Assembly: GCA_037379345.1 (NCBI GenBank)
Contig: CM074511.1
Location: 16,492,001 to 16,556,000, forward strand
Length of the DNA stretch: 64,000 nt
DNA from: Perna viridis
Taxonomy: Eukaryota
Reading direction: 5' to 3'
Shown here: piece by piece, positions 1-12,305 of the stretch
Position numbering within the stretch: position 1 is the stretch's first letter
How the letters are laid out: every line of letters starts with the position of its first letter
The notes under the pieces: model-generated
The model's database searches: none
Seen by the model: only the letters and a program-made list of their open reading frames with translations
What the model was told of the DNA's origin: nothing
Program-made: the position numbers and the translations under genes

Positions 1-2499
1 TTTCTTTCGTACGTTTGTAGAACACTTGTTGTTTACAAGGGATTGAGTCTATACTACTTACTGGCAACTCACGTTATAGACGGTTTGTCGGGATCATTCT
101 ACACATTTGACCTGGCCAACCATGCAATTATAACCGACATTACAGCTGTAGATAACTCACGCTCTTTCCTAATGGTTGTATTTAATTCAATTCTTGGAGT
201 TTCAGTGATGACTGCTAGTTTGTTGACTGGTTACACTATTAAATGGAAGGGATATACACTACCTTTTTTTATCACAACTTGTATTCTTCTATTTTATGTT
301 TTACTTTTAAAGATCACACTGAAAGAACCGAAAATCAAGTCTCAGTACTCCACTGACAAGCAATCAACGTCTACACAGTTACTCCAGATAATTTCGTTGT
401 GTAGAAAGGATAGCGTAAATATTCATAAACTCGGCCATTTGATGATATTCATTGTTATATATTTTCTGTATTATTTTCCCTTTAACTCTTTTGACGTTTT
501 ACGCACACTTTATCAACTAGGCCCACCTTTTTGTTGGTCGTCAGTCCATATTGGTTGGTATGGTTCGGCTGAAGATATGGAGATCTTCGTTTTAGCAACT
601 GTTATAATGAAAGTTCTTCAATGTTTTTTTAAAGATGAGATAATAACCGTATTAGGTTTGATATCCTCCGCTGGATGTCTTTCTATTTTCGGGATAGCTT
701 CTAAGGACTGGATGATTTATGCAGGTAACTTTATTTTTTTATTACGTTTTATACATGTTTTAATGTTTTTTCATTTTTGTGTTGCCTTTTCAGCTCACCT
801 GACCTTAGGCCACGTGATTTACTGCCATTACTCGGGATACGTTGTCGTCCGCCGTCTGTCGCCGTTAACCTTCTTAAAAGATCTTCTCTTCTGAAACCAC
901 TCAGTGAATCATTATCAAATTTGGTCATCACTATGCATCCTTAGTGTATCTACTTTGAAAATTATGTCGACTATTTAGATCAACCGTTAACGTGGCCACC
1001 GTTGCTATTTTTAGGCCGTAACGGTCAAGTCACGAATTTCTACATATATCTAAAAAAAAACTTCAATCGACGAAACTATCCTTATAATTAGGAATACAAA
1101 AGTTTTTATTGAGTCAAAGTTGTAGGACGACTCCTTTTTACAGTTATTGTCATTGAAAGGCGAAAAAAAGACTTTTCGCAGTTTTCTGCCAATACCTTGA
1201 AAACTTCAAATGTTTTTATTTTATCGTTTTCTTTCAGCAACATCTGTTGGTATTTTAAGGATACTATGCATACCAATGATGAAGTCCTTAATGTCTTCAA
1301 TGGTAAAATCAGAAAAGCAAGGTAATGACTAAAATAATTTTTCCGAAGAAATTATTTTCAAATTATAATATCATTCATGCGTAATTCGCTTAAAAGTATG
1401 GTTTCTCTCACCAAAATGATATGTATCAGGCTAATTGTTAATCATATATATTATAGAAAAGTAAAACATAATATAAGAAAATGTACAGATAGTCTTGAAA
1501 GGGAAAAAGTATGTCAAATGTAAAGAGTTGAACAAAAACTATAAAGAAAAATGCGTAAGATTTATAACTAAAATGCCTGTAATATAAGTACTGTTTCGTC
1601 AACGAAAATTTTAGTAAGCTAAAACAGATGACGCTAAAGGTAGAAGTATACGGATGTATTCCATCGGTTAAGATAAAGCTGGTTTTAATTGAATGGATGT
1701 TTATAGTTGTTGTAAAAATACTTGTATGTTCGGTCTCCGTTGTGTCAGTGTTTGAGGCATTTTATTTTAAATGTAATTCGTGAAAATGATTTCACTTAAT
1801 GAACAACAAACCTGCAAGTAATCTAATGGACCAATTCAGAAATCCAACTTCCGTCCTCGTAAACAAACTTTTTGCCGTCGCAAAGTAGTCGAAAATATGT
1901 CTAGTCCAATTAGAAACTTTATGAACAATGACAACCCCCAAATGCAGATCCTGAATCGCTCCTTTACTTACTTTTGTTAATATATTTCCGTTTCAGGTGT
2001 GCTGTTTTCTAACATATCTTTGATTGAGGTAGTTTGTGCAGTAGTAGGATCAACTGTTTTTAACAATATCTACCATGAAACAAGATCTTTTTACAAGGGT
2101 TTTGTATTCTATGTAATGGCTGCGTTTCATGTAGTGGCAATAATTACAATTTTGTAAGTTTTATTTTATTTTTGTTCAGAAAATAATAATATAAACAACC
2201 AATATTTTAAACAAACACAGCTGACGAATCTAGAGGTACGACTCATAAAGTCATGGTTAAAACACTATTCAATTCTTGCGTCAAAATACCGACACAAATA
2301 ACTAAACAACACGTTTATTGATACATTAAAAGCAAACGAGCTTTAATAATGCATACCTGTCTAAATATGGATTATAAAGCAAACGTTTTTGTGACACAGT
2401 ATGTGTTTTTGTTTCTTCAGATATGCTAGATGGACTAAATCAACGACAAAGCAAGAAATAAATTCTAAATGTAAATCAACCAAAGGAATTGCAAAATAA
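1..2499 (+). CDS. SLC46/PCFT-like MFS transporter, paralog 1 (5'-partial). Exons <1-724, 1238-1321, 1997-2153, 2421-2499
   Basis: Frame open from base 1. Hydrophobic helices and the LGPPFCW..HIGWY motif. GT-AG introns bound an 84-bp exon (ATSVGILRILCIPMMKSLMSSMVKSEKQG) and a 157-bp exon (GVLFSNISLIE...), the same sizes and phases as in the other paralogs. Stop TAA at 2497-2499. Confidence 0.85.
787..1010 (+). mobile_element. Non-autonomous Helentron-associated (HINE-like) repeat fragment in intron 1 of paralog 1
   Basis: Begins TTTTCAGCTCACCTGA, then a (CGTC)-like microsatellite and TTCTCTTCTGAAACCACT...ATCAAATTTGG. This layout is recalled from bivalve HINE/Helitron-N repeats. The 3' end is approximate. 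Confidence 0.55.
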
Positions 2500-3378
2500 C
2501 TAATTGTTGAATCGTCTGATTGGTTTAGTTTATCGATATAAAAACAAACATACCAACCATATAGGTATTGCAAACCTCAGTATGCTGTACACGTGTTTCA
2601 AGAAATAACCTTTTACGTTTTTGTATCAGCAGCATTCGAACCAAATACTAAAAAAGTTCAAAAGCCAAAAAAATAAATCGTATACAAGAAGCAATCAAAA
2701 CCGAAACCTATCGAAATAGGAAGCAAAACCCAGCACCAATAAGTTCTACCAAAGTATGTCAAAAGAGCTTCATTCGGGGTCTCTGTGTTCAGGGATTTCA
2801 ACTTTAGTGCTACTCAAAATTTTGGTAAATAATGAATTACATATGTATATAGTTCGATCAAGAAAGTCTTACTACTGGCCTGGTGAATACCTTCGGGAAC
2901 CTATAATCCACAAATATTGGCATCGACCCCCAGTCTTTAAATGGAAAATACCAATCATATACATGTTTAAAATTTCGGTATTCTGTACATGTGTTTTATG
3001 GATAACACCTTATCAGCTTATAAACATATTTTTCCTACGATCAAGGAAATATTTAAAATATCGATATCTGAATCAATCTGTTGTTATCTATTAGTCATAT
3101 GGCTACCTGGTGTATTTGCAGACAACGCTTGCGGAGCAAAATTAGAAACATTGTTTGAAAAAAGGAATATTTATCATTGGGCAACATAGTAACTCCTAAT
3201 TTTACACAGTCAAGAAAAGTACGACTATTTTTTGAGTTTTAAGAATCCGCATTATTCCATAATTGTAGAATTTGAAATAACATTTGAAACGGGCACAAAC
3301 CATCCTAGCTTAGATATTTTTATGTAATACATCGAAACACATGTTGTTATGTTAGAATCAACTCCTACTTAAATGTTG

Positions 3379-6300
3379 TTAGACAGAGGTAACTCCTTTA
3401 TCAACTGTCTGTGAATCTGATTTCTGTATTTTTAATTCATGACGTACTGAATTTGTGCTGTTAACTGTCATTGTTCTGGAAAAAAAAGATGCAAACAAAA
3501 TAATGCATTAGAGTTAACAATTAAAAAAAAAAACGCATAATTACAGAAAAAAATTCTTGAATTTTACAAATTCATATTTCATATGAGTTAATTCTTAATT
3601 TTTTTTCGCTTCAAGTAATATGTTAAAATGTTTTTGACTCCATGATGACACTTATGTGTATATCATTTAAAATTAAAAGAACTTACACTAGGAGCATAAA
3701 AGATACTAAGGCAAATGCAGCCATCACAAAGAACACTAATCCATGGTAAAATGAGAGTGTTTGGTCATATATATTGGTGAATATTGTAACAGCTCCCAGG
3801 TTACAGATGGCTTCGATAAGGTAAACGTTAGAAAACAACACTCCTGAAATGTAAGTCATGATTAAAAATGTGTGTATAAGACAAAAGATGAGATAATTCA
3901 TAAACATAATTCTAAGAGTTTTTTCCATATTTTAACTGATGACAATAACTGTCAAATCCAAACAGAAATATTTTACAGTAATCCTATCTACGCCACCATT
4001 TGTCCTTACTGTGTTAAAAGGTGGCGTCTTTTTCTCTTGACTCTAAATGTTTGGATATAACTTCAGTTATACATTTCCACATTACCGTCATCTTACAGAA
4101 AACAACCAAATATACTATTAACAAAGTGTAGTAAGGGCATACTCACAGTCGAATCATTCCATATAATTATATAAACTAGGTCCAAATACAAACTCTAAGA
4201 ATAAAAAAAGCTTTGAACAACTGGACATTTGCAATCCAAACTGTATGACAAACGTGATTATTGTTACTTTCCAATTGTAAACTTCCTATTTCTTAGTGAC
4301 AATATATACCAACACCAACAACTTATAGAATATAAATTTCACAGTTGTTATGTTATAATCGTGGCTGTGATTTGTAAACGGATACTGTAAATAAGCTTCA
4401 CAGTTAGGGGTATGTTCAAATACTATACTCAAATACATAGGAAGATCGAAACAAAACAAAACAAAAATATGCATACTAGGAGTACTCAGATCCTAAAGTG
4501 TCGAAATAGGAAGCCAAATCCACCACCAAGAGGTTCTACGATGTGTAATACAAGGAATGAAGGCTCAGTGTTTTAGGGGTTTTGAAAGTTCTTACACTTC
4601 AAATCTTAATAGACAGACAATATATTATATGATTCGGGGTCAGACAAGCTTGCTTACTGGGTAGCTGAATGTTTCTATCTCACAGATATGAAACGAATTC
4701 ACGTCTTACCAACTGACACCCCATCGAAATTTATACTAACCAGATTTTACTCACTTGCATCGTGACAGATGCTGCTGCCGAAGCAGGACATGCTTATGCG
4801 TGTTGAACAACTGATGTCACTTCCGTTTTCTGTGGGATTTCATATTGCAAGTGTTTTTTATTGTTTTTTTTTGTTTTGGTATGCTTTATGTTCTCTTTGC
4901 CATCAGTCTTTACATGTAATTTAATATTACTTTGCTATCTACATTGTGTATAATGATCGGTTTTGTTTCCTATTTTCACATTTTTGCCATGTACTTGGAT
5001 TTTTATGTCTCTGAATTGTCTTCCTATCTTGACACTTCGATATTTTTGTCGAAATTAAAGAATCACCAGCAGCAAATTTAATAAATACATAATTGTAGAT
5101 ATATAAGTAAATAATAACGCAGTAATTTAAAATACCAATATGTCATAACAAGTAACGACCAAATTTATGAAATCAACCATAGTTTAAAAGTTTTCTACCA
5201 TTATCTTACTTACTAAATACAAATAATTGATCAGAGAATACCTTTCTTATCTTTTCCAACCAACCGAGACAAAATAGCCTTTATCAATGAAATAGGTAGC
5301 ATTCGTAATAAACCCGTAGCGGTAGCTGTAATAGATAGGAAGAAGAATATATTAAGGAATGTTTTTTAATATTTGAAAAGGTTCTACAAAATAACTAAGT
5401 TTTCTCAAAGAGAATCGACCAATCAGAAATCCTGTTACATATTAGATTAAATCATAATCATATAAAATTTGTTATTTGTATAGTGAAACTTTCTTTAAGC
5501 TTTATCTATGATTGTTCTGTTATCATTTGACGAGAATCGGGTTATAAGGGGTCCAGATCTCTGGTCGTTCTTCCCTCTGTCTGTCTGTTGATATATTTTG
5601 AATTCTGGATAATATCAAAGAGTTTTACCAATAAATCTGGTACCGTGAGGGTCCGGGTGTCACAAGAGCTTAGCTTGTAAAAGGCGACTTAATAGTGCTG
5701 AGAACCCTGGTCGGGGCTAGGGCGCTCTGTCAACAGAGCAACTGGGTTGCGTATCCCATAATACGGACGAACTGACTACAAACCATAGTGTTGCAACGTG
5801 TTGGGAAAGATGCCACTTCCTTGCACGTTAAAGAATCCTGATGTGGTATTCGATAATAGGAGTAGGAACCTTTGAGCTCCGTCGCGGGGGGAGGGGGGGC
5901 TAAATTGCCCGACCCTACCCCCTCTCCCTATTCCAAAATTTGTCAATTCTATTATCCTTGTGTCAATCAATCAATCAATCAATCTGTTCAAGTTTTTGTA
6001 CATTCTTTGTAAATTAAATAAAACATTAGCCACATGGTATATCATATTTGATGTTAATATTGTCACGTTCTGTTTTCTCTTTAAATTAAGAAACTATTTT
6101 CAGTTTTTTTCAAGTTTCAAGACGATAATTAAGGTATTTCTGATATATTTCTTATTTACTTGTTCATGAATTTTTCGATTTCTGGACCTGAACAAAATAA
6201 GGGAGATCATACCTATTACATGGATCATTTTTTTTGTAATCTTGCAAAATTATACAGAAGTACGTATTTTAAATGAATAAATTAATAGTGTTTAAAAAGA

Positions 6301-8543
6301 TTTTCTTATAAAAAGAAATAGTCAAAGTTAAAAAAAAATATGAATTTTTGGCATAAAATTATATGTGGTAAAATTACCGAATTATTGAAGAAAAAACTAA
6401 AACATTTCAAGGTGGAGATAATTGGCGGAAAAATGTTCTGCAATGGGAATATTAGTTTTTTTTTAGTTAGTTTACAATTACAAGAAAAAAAGTTCGGTGA
6501 CACCAAATTTTCTCTTTGAAATATGAAAGAATGTCAGATAAGTTGTCTTCATACAAAATTTTATGAAATGTTATCCTACAAGTTTTCCAAAAGTTTGCAA
6601 AATAGTGAAAATTCTCTACAGTATGTATATAAAATGTTGTAAAAAATCTCCTGTTTTAGACTCAATTATCTCAAAATTAAGTTTTATGATCTATGTTTTT
6701 TAAATTAAATTTTTTGAAGGTCATATTCTAGAAACATGAGGAAAATCTATATACTAAAAAAATTAGTTTTGATCTATGATCTTAAAACTAGTGAGAACGT
6801 TGTGTACATTATTAGATTATTTAATATTTTTTCAACGAGAGGGAGTTTCTCATGCTTATCTCGTCGAGCGGCTTTGCCGCGAGACAAGATGAACATGAGA
6901 AACTCTCGCGAGTTGAAAAAAAAATAATAATCTGTTCATCGATCTTTTGCTGAATTGTAAGATATTAGTTTTTTTTTTTTATTTTCAGTTACCCGACCTA
7001 AATATGTCAGTTTTATTAGCTCTGCACATTTCCTTTCGGGACTATTTTTTCGGCGACGTGCTACGTGACGTCACGTATGTTATGCAGCAGTGATACGCAT
7101 CATTTGAAAAAATCGATTAACTATGACGGTTGCGTTTAAAATATGTGGAATAATTTTGGGATTAATTAATTTTATCGAGTAAGTCACTGTATTAAATCAT
7201 TTTCCATTGTAAACTAGAAAATATATATTGCTACAAATTAGCCATTATTTCATATGCAGTAAACAAACAGACGGTTATTCGGGTCGTCAAATATTCCTAC
7301 GTTGTTAATTGTATGTCACGAGAGGACATAGAAACCTGCGATAATTTCCATTCTCACTCGACTGGCGTGAGATTAAAAATTATCGTATAGCAAGATCAAA
7401 GGAATTTTAAACAAAATAGCAATAAATACCTATATATAGCATCATATCTGTGCCAGACAAGCCAAACAAAATATAACAAGATAATGATGAGATTTGTCCA
7501 AACAATACAATTAATTCATCCCTAATTGAAGCATGTCTCTTTTGAAGTAGTCTCACTAATACTCCACCAACGATGTACATCGATAGATCCACAGCAGCAT
7601 TATACCATCCAATATGTTCAGGGGACCAACAGAAAGGCTGTCCGAGAACGTAAATTGACCGAATAACGAAAAACCCAATTATTGAAATGTAAATAAAAAT
7701 GTACACGGACAAGTTACTAAAAAGAGATTTTACATTTCGTTTTCCGGTAGATCTTGCTTGCCATATTGAACACAACTGCAAAGGGACATCTTTACATTTC
7801 AATGTTGTAGTATTTTCACGTGGTTTCCAGGGATCTTCTAATTGTACAAGAATAAGAATTAATAGAGCAAACATCATGCAGGAGGATATAAGGTAGGGAT
7901 AAGTAAACCCTACAATTTCAATAAGATATCCTGCTACTATCTGTGAGCATATAGTACCCAAACCAAGCAGCGAATCGTATATTACTACCAAAAAAGTCCT
8001 TTCGTTCCCTTCACCCGTTGTATCAGCTAGTATTGCTAAATTTGCTAAGTGAAATGCATAAAACGTTCCAGATAAACCTAAAATTCCTGAAGCCATTACA
8101 TAATAGTATAAACTTAAGTTTTTGTACACGATAAAGGTTCGCAAAATTATTGCTATGCACGCTACAGTTATATTCCATAGTATCAACGGCTTCCGTCCGA
8201 TTTTATCAGCAATTGGGCCTGCAAAAATTAAAACTGGAATTGCAGAAGCTGCTTGCGCTAAAGATATATACCACGTCCAGTTAGAAGTTTCGCCTTGAAT
8301 CTTTTCGTCCGATGCAGATGTTTTTGCACTCGAATTACATTCTTTCGAAAACTTTTGATGTGATATTGATTGTAAATTAGTATCATTTGAAATCCTTTGA
8401 AGATAAGCATAAATGTATTGCGGTTGTGCTGTTCCACAAATCTCCATTGAACATCCATAAATCATTACACACACACTGACAAGAACATGCGTTTTTAAGT
8501 GACTTGTTCTCTTGTGTCCCAATAATGGCGTGTTGTCATCCAT
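3379..8543 (-). CDS. SLC46/PCFT-like MFS transporter, paralog 2. Exons 8543-7430, 5325-5242, 3843-3687, 3475-3379
   Basis: 378-aa ORF with ADKIGRK (MFS motif A region) and LGQPFCW..HIGWY. The 84-bp and 157-bp exons have canonical splice sites. The last exon ends ...GVTSV-stop. Confidence 0.9.
5643..5984 (+). mobile_element. Internally deleted copy of the SINE-like family, with (CAAT)n tail
   Basis: Colinear similarity to 10987-11507 (AAAAGGCGAC, GGGGCTAGGGCGCTCTG, GCACGTTAAAGAA, GAGTAGGAACC). Ends in a short (CAAT)n run. Confidence 0.8.
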
Positions 8544-10899
8544 GTCTTAACACAAATTTGCTCTGTGCTCTAGGCTAAGTTATAAGAAGCAAAAGTTCTT
8601 TGTTGCAAACCGTAACATTATCTGCACTTATAATCCCACGTGCTGGCTTGTCATAAGAGCATGTCAACACACCGTGTTTGTGTTATCTTTCAATTAAACC
8701 TTATATATCATAGTGATATTGCGTGTAATTATTTTGCTCAAACTACAAATCTACAAATAAGATAAACCATTGTATCTATCTTAATTTGACCCAAAGAGAA
8801 CTTTCCGAAGGTACAAACTAAAGCTATTGAAATGTCTTACTGACCGTTAGCACATATTTTTTCAAAAGTTTAATATTGTTTTTTTTCACTCGCAAGCTTT
8901 GTGAAAGGAAAGATGTCAAGTTTTGTATACATCTATCGTACTTGGAGGGTTTTAGGCAGAATAGAATACAATCGAGTAGGTTTATCGTTTATCTAGATTC
9001 TTCGCTTCCGCCCGCGGCGACGTCACAGAAAATACGACGTCGTAGTGGAAAATATACAAATATGCGGAGGTTACTTGACCTGAACACAGTTAGTACAATT
9101 AAAGCCCATAAAATTTGAACGGGGATAATTCTAAAGTCCGTGATCACTTTCAATATACGGAAAGTCCATTTCACTTTACACACAACACTAATCATCTTCT
9201 TTCAGTGCACTGTTGGATATTGACATGAGCGTTCACTTTGGCTTGGCGATTCGATTTTCTCTGCCTGTTGAATGGTTTTTGTACTATCATCGTTTACATG
9301 CGGAATGTTAGTGTTCATTAGGATAAAATTTGACGATCGGTCTTGTTGTTTCTTCGGTATTTGTCTTAACATGTGCGGATCGAATAAGTCCATCCATGCC
9401 TCGTACTACATAGGTCACAATTCCGATTTTCCAGTTGACTCTGGGTGATTCGTGGTGAATTTGAACGATATCACCGACTTGAATTGTGTGATTATTATTT
9501 CCAGTAGTTCGATGAAACTCGCGTAACGACGTAAAATAGTCCATTTTCCAACGTTTCCAAAAGTAATGTTGTTGTGCGTCTGCCGTACAGTAGATGAGCT
9601 GGGATCAGTGCTTCACAGTTCCTAATATCGGACGAAAAATAGGTTTATAGCGGCCTATCATTTAGAGCAGATTCAATGTTAGTAGACTCGGATATTATTG
9701 TCACTAAAGTTTCCATATCCACCTGCGAACGACCAAGAATTTTCTTTAAACTAGTTTTGATCAGTCCAATAAGTCATTCCCAAAATCCACCATACCAAGG
9801 CGCACATTCAATCCATGTGATCGTAAGAGTCTTAAATTACTTCCGAATTGCAAAGTCTCTTTATTTCCTCTGAACCAGCAATAAATGTTGTAGAATTGTC
9901 CGAAATAAGTGTTTTTGGCAGTGATTTATGGCTGATAAAACGACTTAACGCTTGAATAAGCGAATATCGCTGAGATTGGGAACAACTTCAAGGTGTACTA
10001 GGCGAGTCGAGGCACACGTGAAAAGACACACATGTTTTCTTGTAGGTATAGTCTGCTTCTCGGATGATCTACGCTCCAGTGTTGGTAAACGGGGGTGCAT
10101 CTTGCACTATTATTTTTGATAACTAAGACATGGTGGGTGCTCGGTAGGGTTTTCCGATTACACGTTTGCATGACACATTTTTGGGTTATCTTTCTGACGC
10201 ACTGTCTAATCGTAGGTATCTAATAGTTCTGACGTAGGTACGAAGTGGTTGCATTGAGTCCTGAATATAGCAATTGTTCATGTGCGTCGGATATGACTAG
10301 TTTGGTAAAAGTGTGATCTGATGGTAAGGTATACGGAAATTTTGTTTGTTCTGGGGTGGGTGCGTTGTTGATTCTTCCATTGCATCTGATTAATCCTTGT
10401 TTGTCCATGAATAACCCAAGTTGTCGAATTCTCGGAGCCTTGTTTAGTGATGTTCTTCCAGTGCTTTTCAATATCGATAATTCGGTTGCATACGATGACT
10501 CTTGGCAATGTTTTTTCCAAGCACGGACGGCAAAGTCAAGTTCTGTAGGTTGCAATGTTCCAATTTGTTAATGGTTCTTAAACTTTCCACAGTTCGATAT
10601 AAATCTCATAACAACTGCGGTCACACGGATCAGTTTTCTATGAATGCTGAATCTTGTAATATCAATGCATTAAGTTCGTTCTCATTAGTGATCTCGATGT
10701 AAGACTCCTCTGCAATTTTTGAAATCACGGTTTCTCTCGTTATAATTCGTTGATTTGACCACTGATTTCTGTATATTACCCATTTCGGTCCTTTTCTCCA
10801 AAGCTCTGTAGGTTGCAATGTTCCAATTGGTTAATGGTTCTTTAATTTCGACAGTTCGATATGAATCTGATGACAAATGCGGTCACACGGACATATGTG

Positions 10900-12305
10900 T
10901 CCAGTGTGGTGGACGTTTTTTTTTTTAACAAACGGTCGGCATTCCAATGGGAACAAATTATACTCCTTAACCTATTCCTTCACTCTAATGGCCCCGTGTA
11001 GGTCCGGGTGTCAAAAGAATAGGCCTGCAGCAGCGCTAAGCTTGTCGTAAAAGGCGACCAGATAGTGCTCAGAACCCTAGCCAGGGGCTAGGGCGCTCTG
11101 CCCACAAAGCAACTGGGTTGTGTGCCCCAGGTGGTGAAATGGGTACCCCTGGTGTGTTACATGCTGGGATTGCCAGGCTATAATACGGAAAACCTGACCG
11201 CAAACCATAGTGGTGCACCGTGTTAGGAAAGATGCCACGTACCTCGCACGTTAAAGAACCCTACTGTGGTATTCTCCCGGAGTAGGAACCATAGGGCTTC
11301 GCCACAGGAGACTAAATTGTCCAACCCTACCCACCTCTCCCTATTTTCAGTGGCAATCAAAATTTGTCGACACCATTATCCTTGTGTCCCATCACATTTT
11401 TCATTTCATCATCGTTTCATGTTCATTTTATCATCCACTTCATGTTCATCGCCTGAACATAGCTGAAATATTGCTGCTCGAGCGTTAAACCCCAACAATC
11501 AATCAATCTTCACTCTTATGAGGCTGACTTTATAGCTGATCTGATCCGAAAGAAAGAATATACGTTTGGCTAGATCCTTTAATCTCAGTTTCCGCTATAT
11601 AGATGACATCCTAATTTCGGGGAATTGGTACATCGCATCTGCCCCCAAAGTCTTTGAAATAAAGGATACTACACACACACAGTGAAGTCAGCCTCATATC
11701 TTGACCTACACTTAGAAATCGATGGTAAAGGAAAACTATTGACCAAACTTTACGACAAATTTGATGACCTTTCATTCAGAATTGTCAACTTTCATCTGTG
11801 GCAACATCCCTTCAGCACCTGCGTATGGAGTGTTCATATCACAACTCACACGTTATGTCAGACCTTGCCGAAACTACGCAGACGTTTTGTATCGCACTCT
11901 AACAAATAGGCTTCTGGAACAGGGTTATGTTGCTACAAGATTGAAATCATCACTGCTGAAGTTTTATGGTCGTCATCATGAACTCGTGGATCTATTAGTG
12001 TATCCATCTGCACCACGAAAACTGATTTATTCAACGGGTCATAGATTTCATTTCCTCGTTTGTCTACCCCGGACTTGACTTTTTATGAGCAACTCGGCGG
12101 GTGTTTCTACAAAAGCAGAGGACGCTTACCCTACTGGTGCACCTGGTCCGCGCTCCGAGTTGCTCATTTGCTTTTGTTGCTTTGTATGTATGATTTTAGT
12201 TACTTTATGTTCTGTGTTGTGTATGTCTGTTTTCCATGTCTGGTCTTTGTCCCTGGATTACATTCTTTTGATTACCGCTATGACCTTGGTTCCCTTGATT
12301 ACTCT
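10900..12305 (+). mobile_element. 5'-truncated Penelope-like element (RT C-terminus plus 3' UTR) inserted in the BEL element
   Basis: QTVGIPMGTN (about 10928-10957), HSYEADFI...FRYIDD (11511-11607), SASYLDL..KLYDK, NIPSAPAYGVFISQL.RY, RLKSSL.KFYGRHHELVD. Frameshifted. Confidence 0.85.
10987..11507 (+). mobile_element. SINE-like non-autonomous retroelement, apparently complete, with 9-bp TSD CTTCACTCT
   Basis: CTTCACTCT at 10978-10986 and 11508-11516. The 3' end is CTGAAATATTGCTG..CGTTAAAC plus (CAAT)n. Two more copies occur in the window. Confidence 0.85.

Noticed and set aside
725-894. C-terminal extension of ORF 43..894 (NFIFLLRF...)
   Set aside because: Read-through into intron 1 and a HINE-like repeat. 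The splice donor at 724/725 matches all paralogs.
11266-11466. ORFs inside SINE copies (also 45480-45941 and 5776-5970)
   Set aside because: They lie within a non-coding repeat and the frames are not conserved between copies.
12080-12170. Possible SECIS, hammerhead or HDV ribozyme in the PLE 3' UTR
   Set aside because: The ATGA is fully Watson-Crick paired rather than forming a GA quartet, there is no CTGANGA/GAAA core, and the HDV topology could not be fitted.
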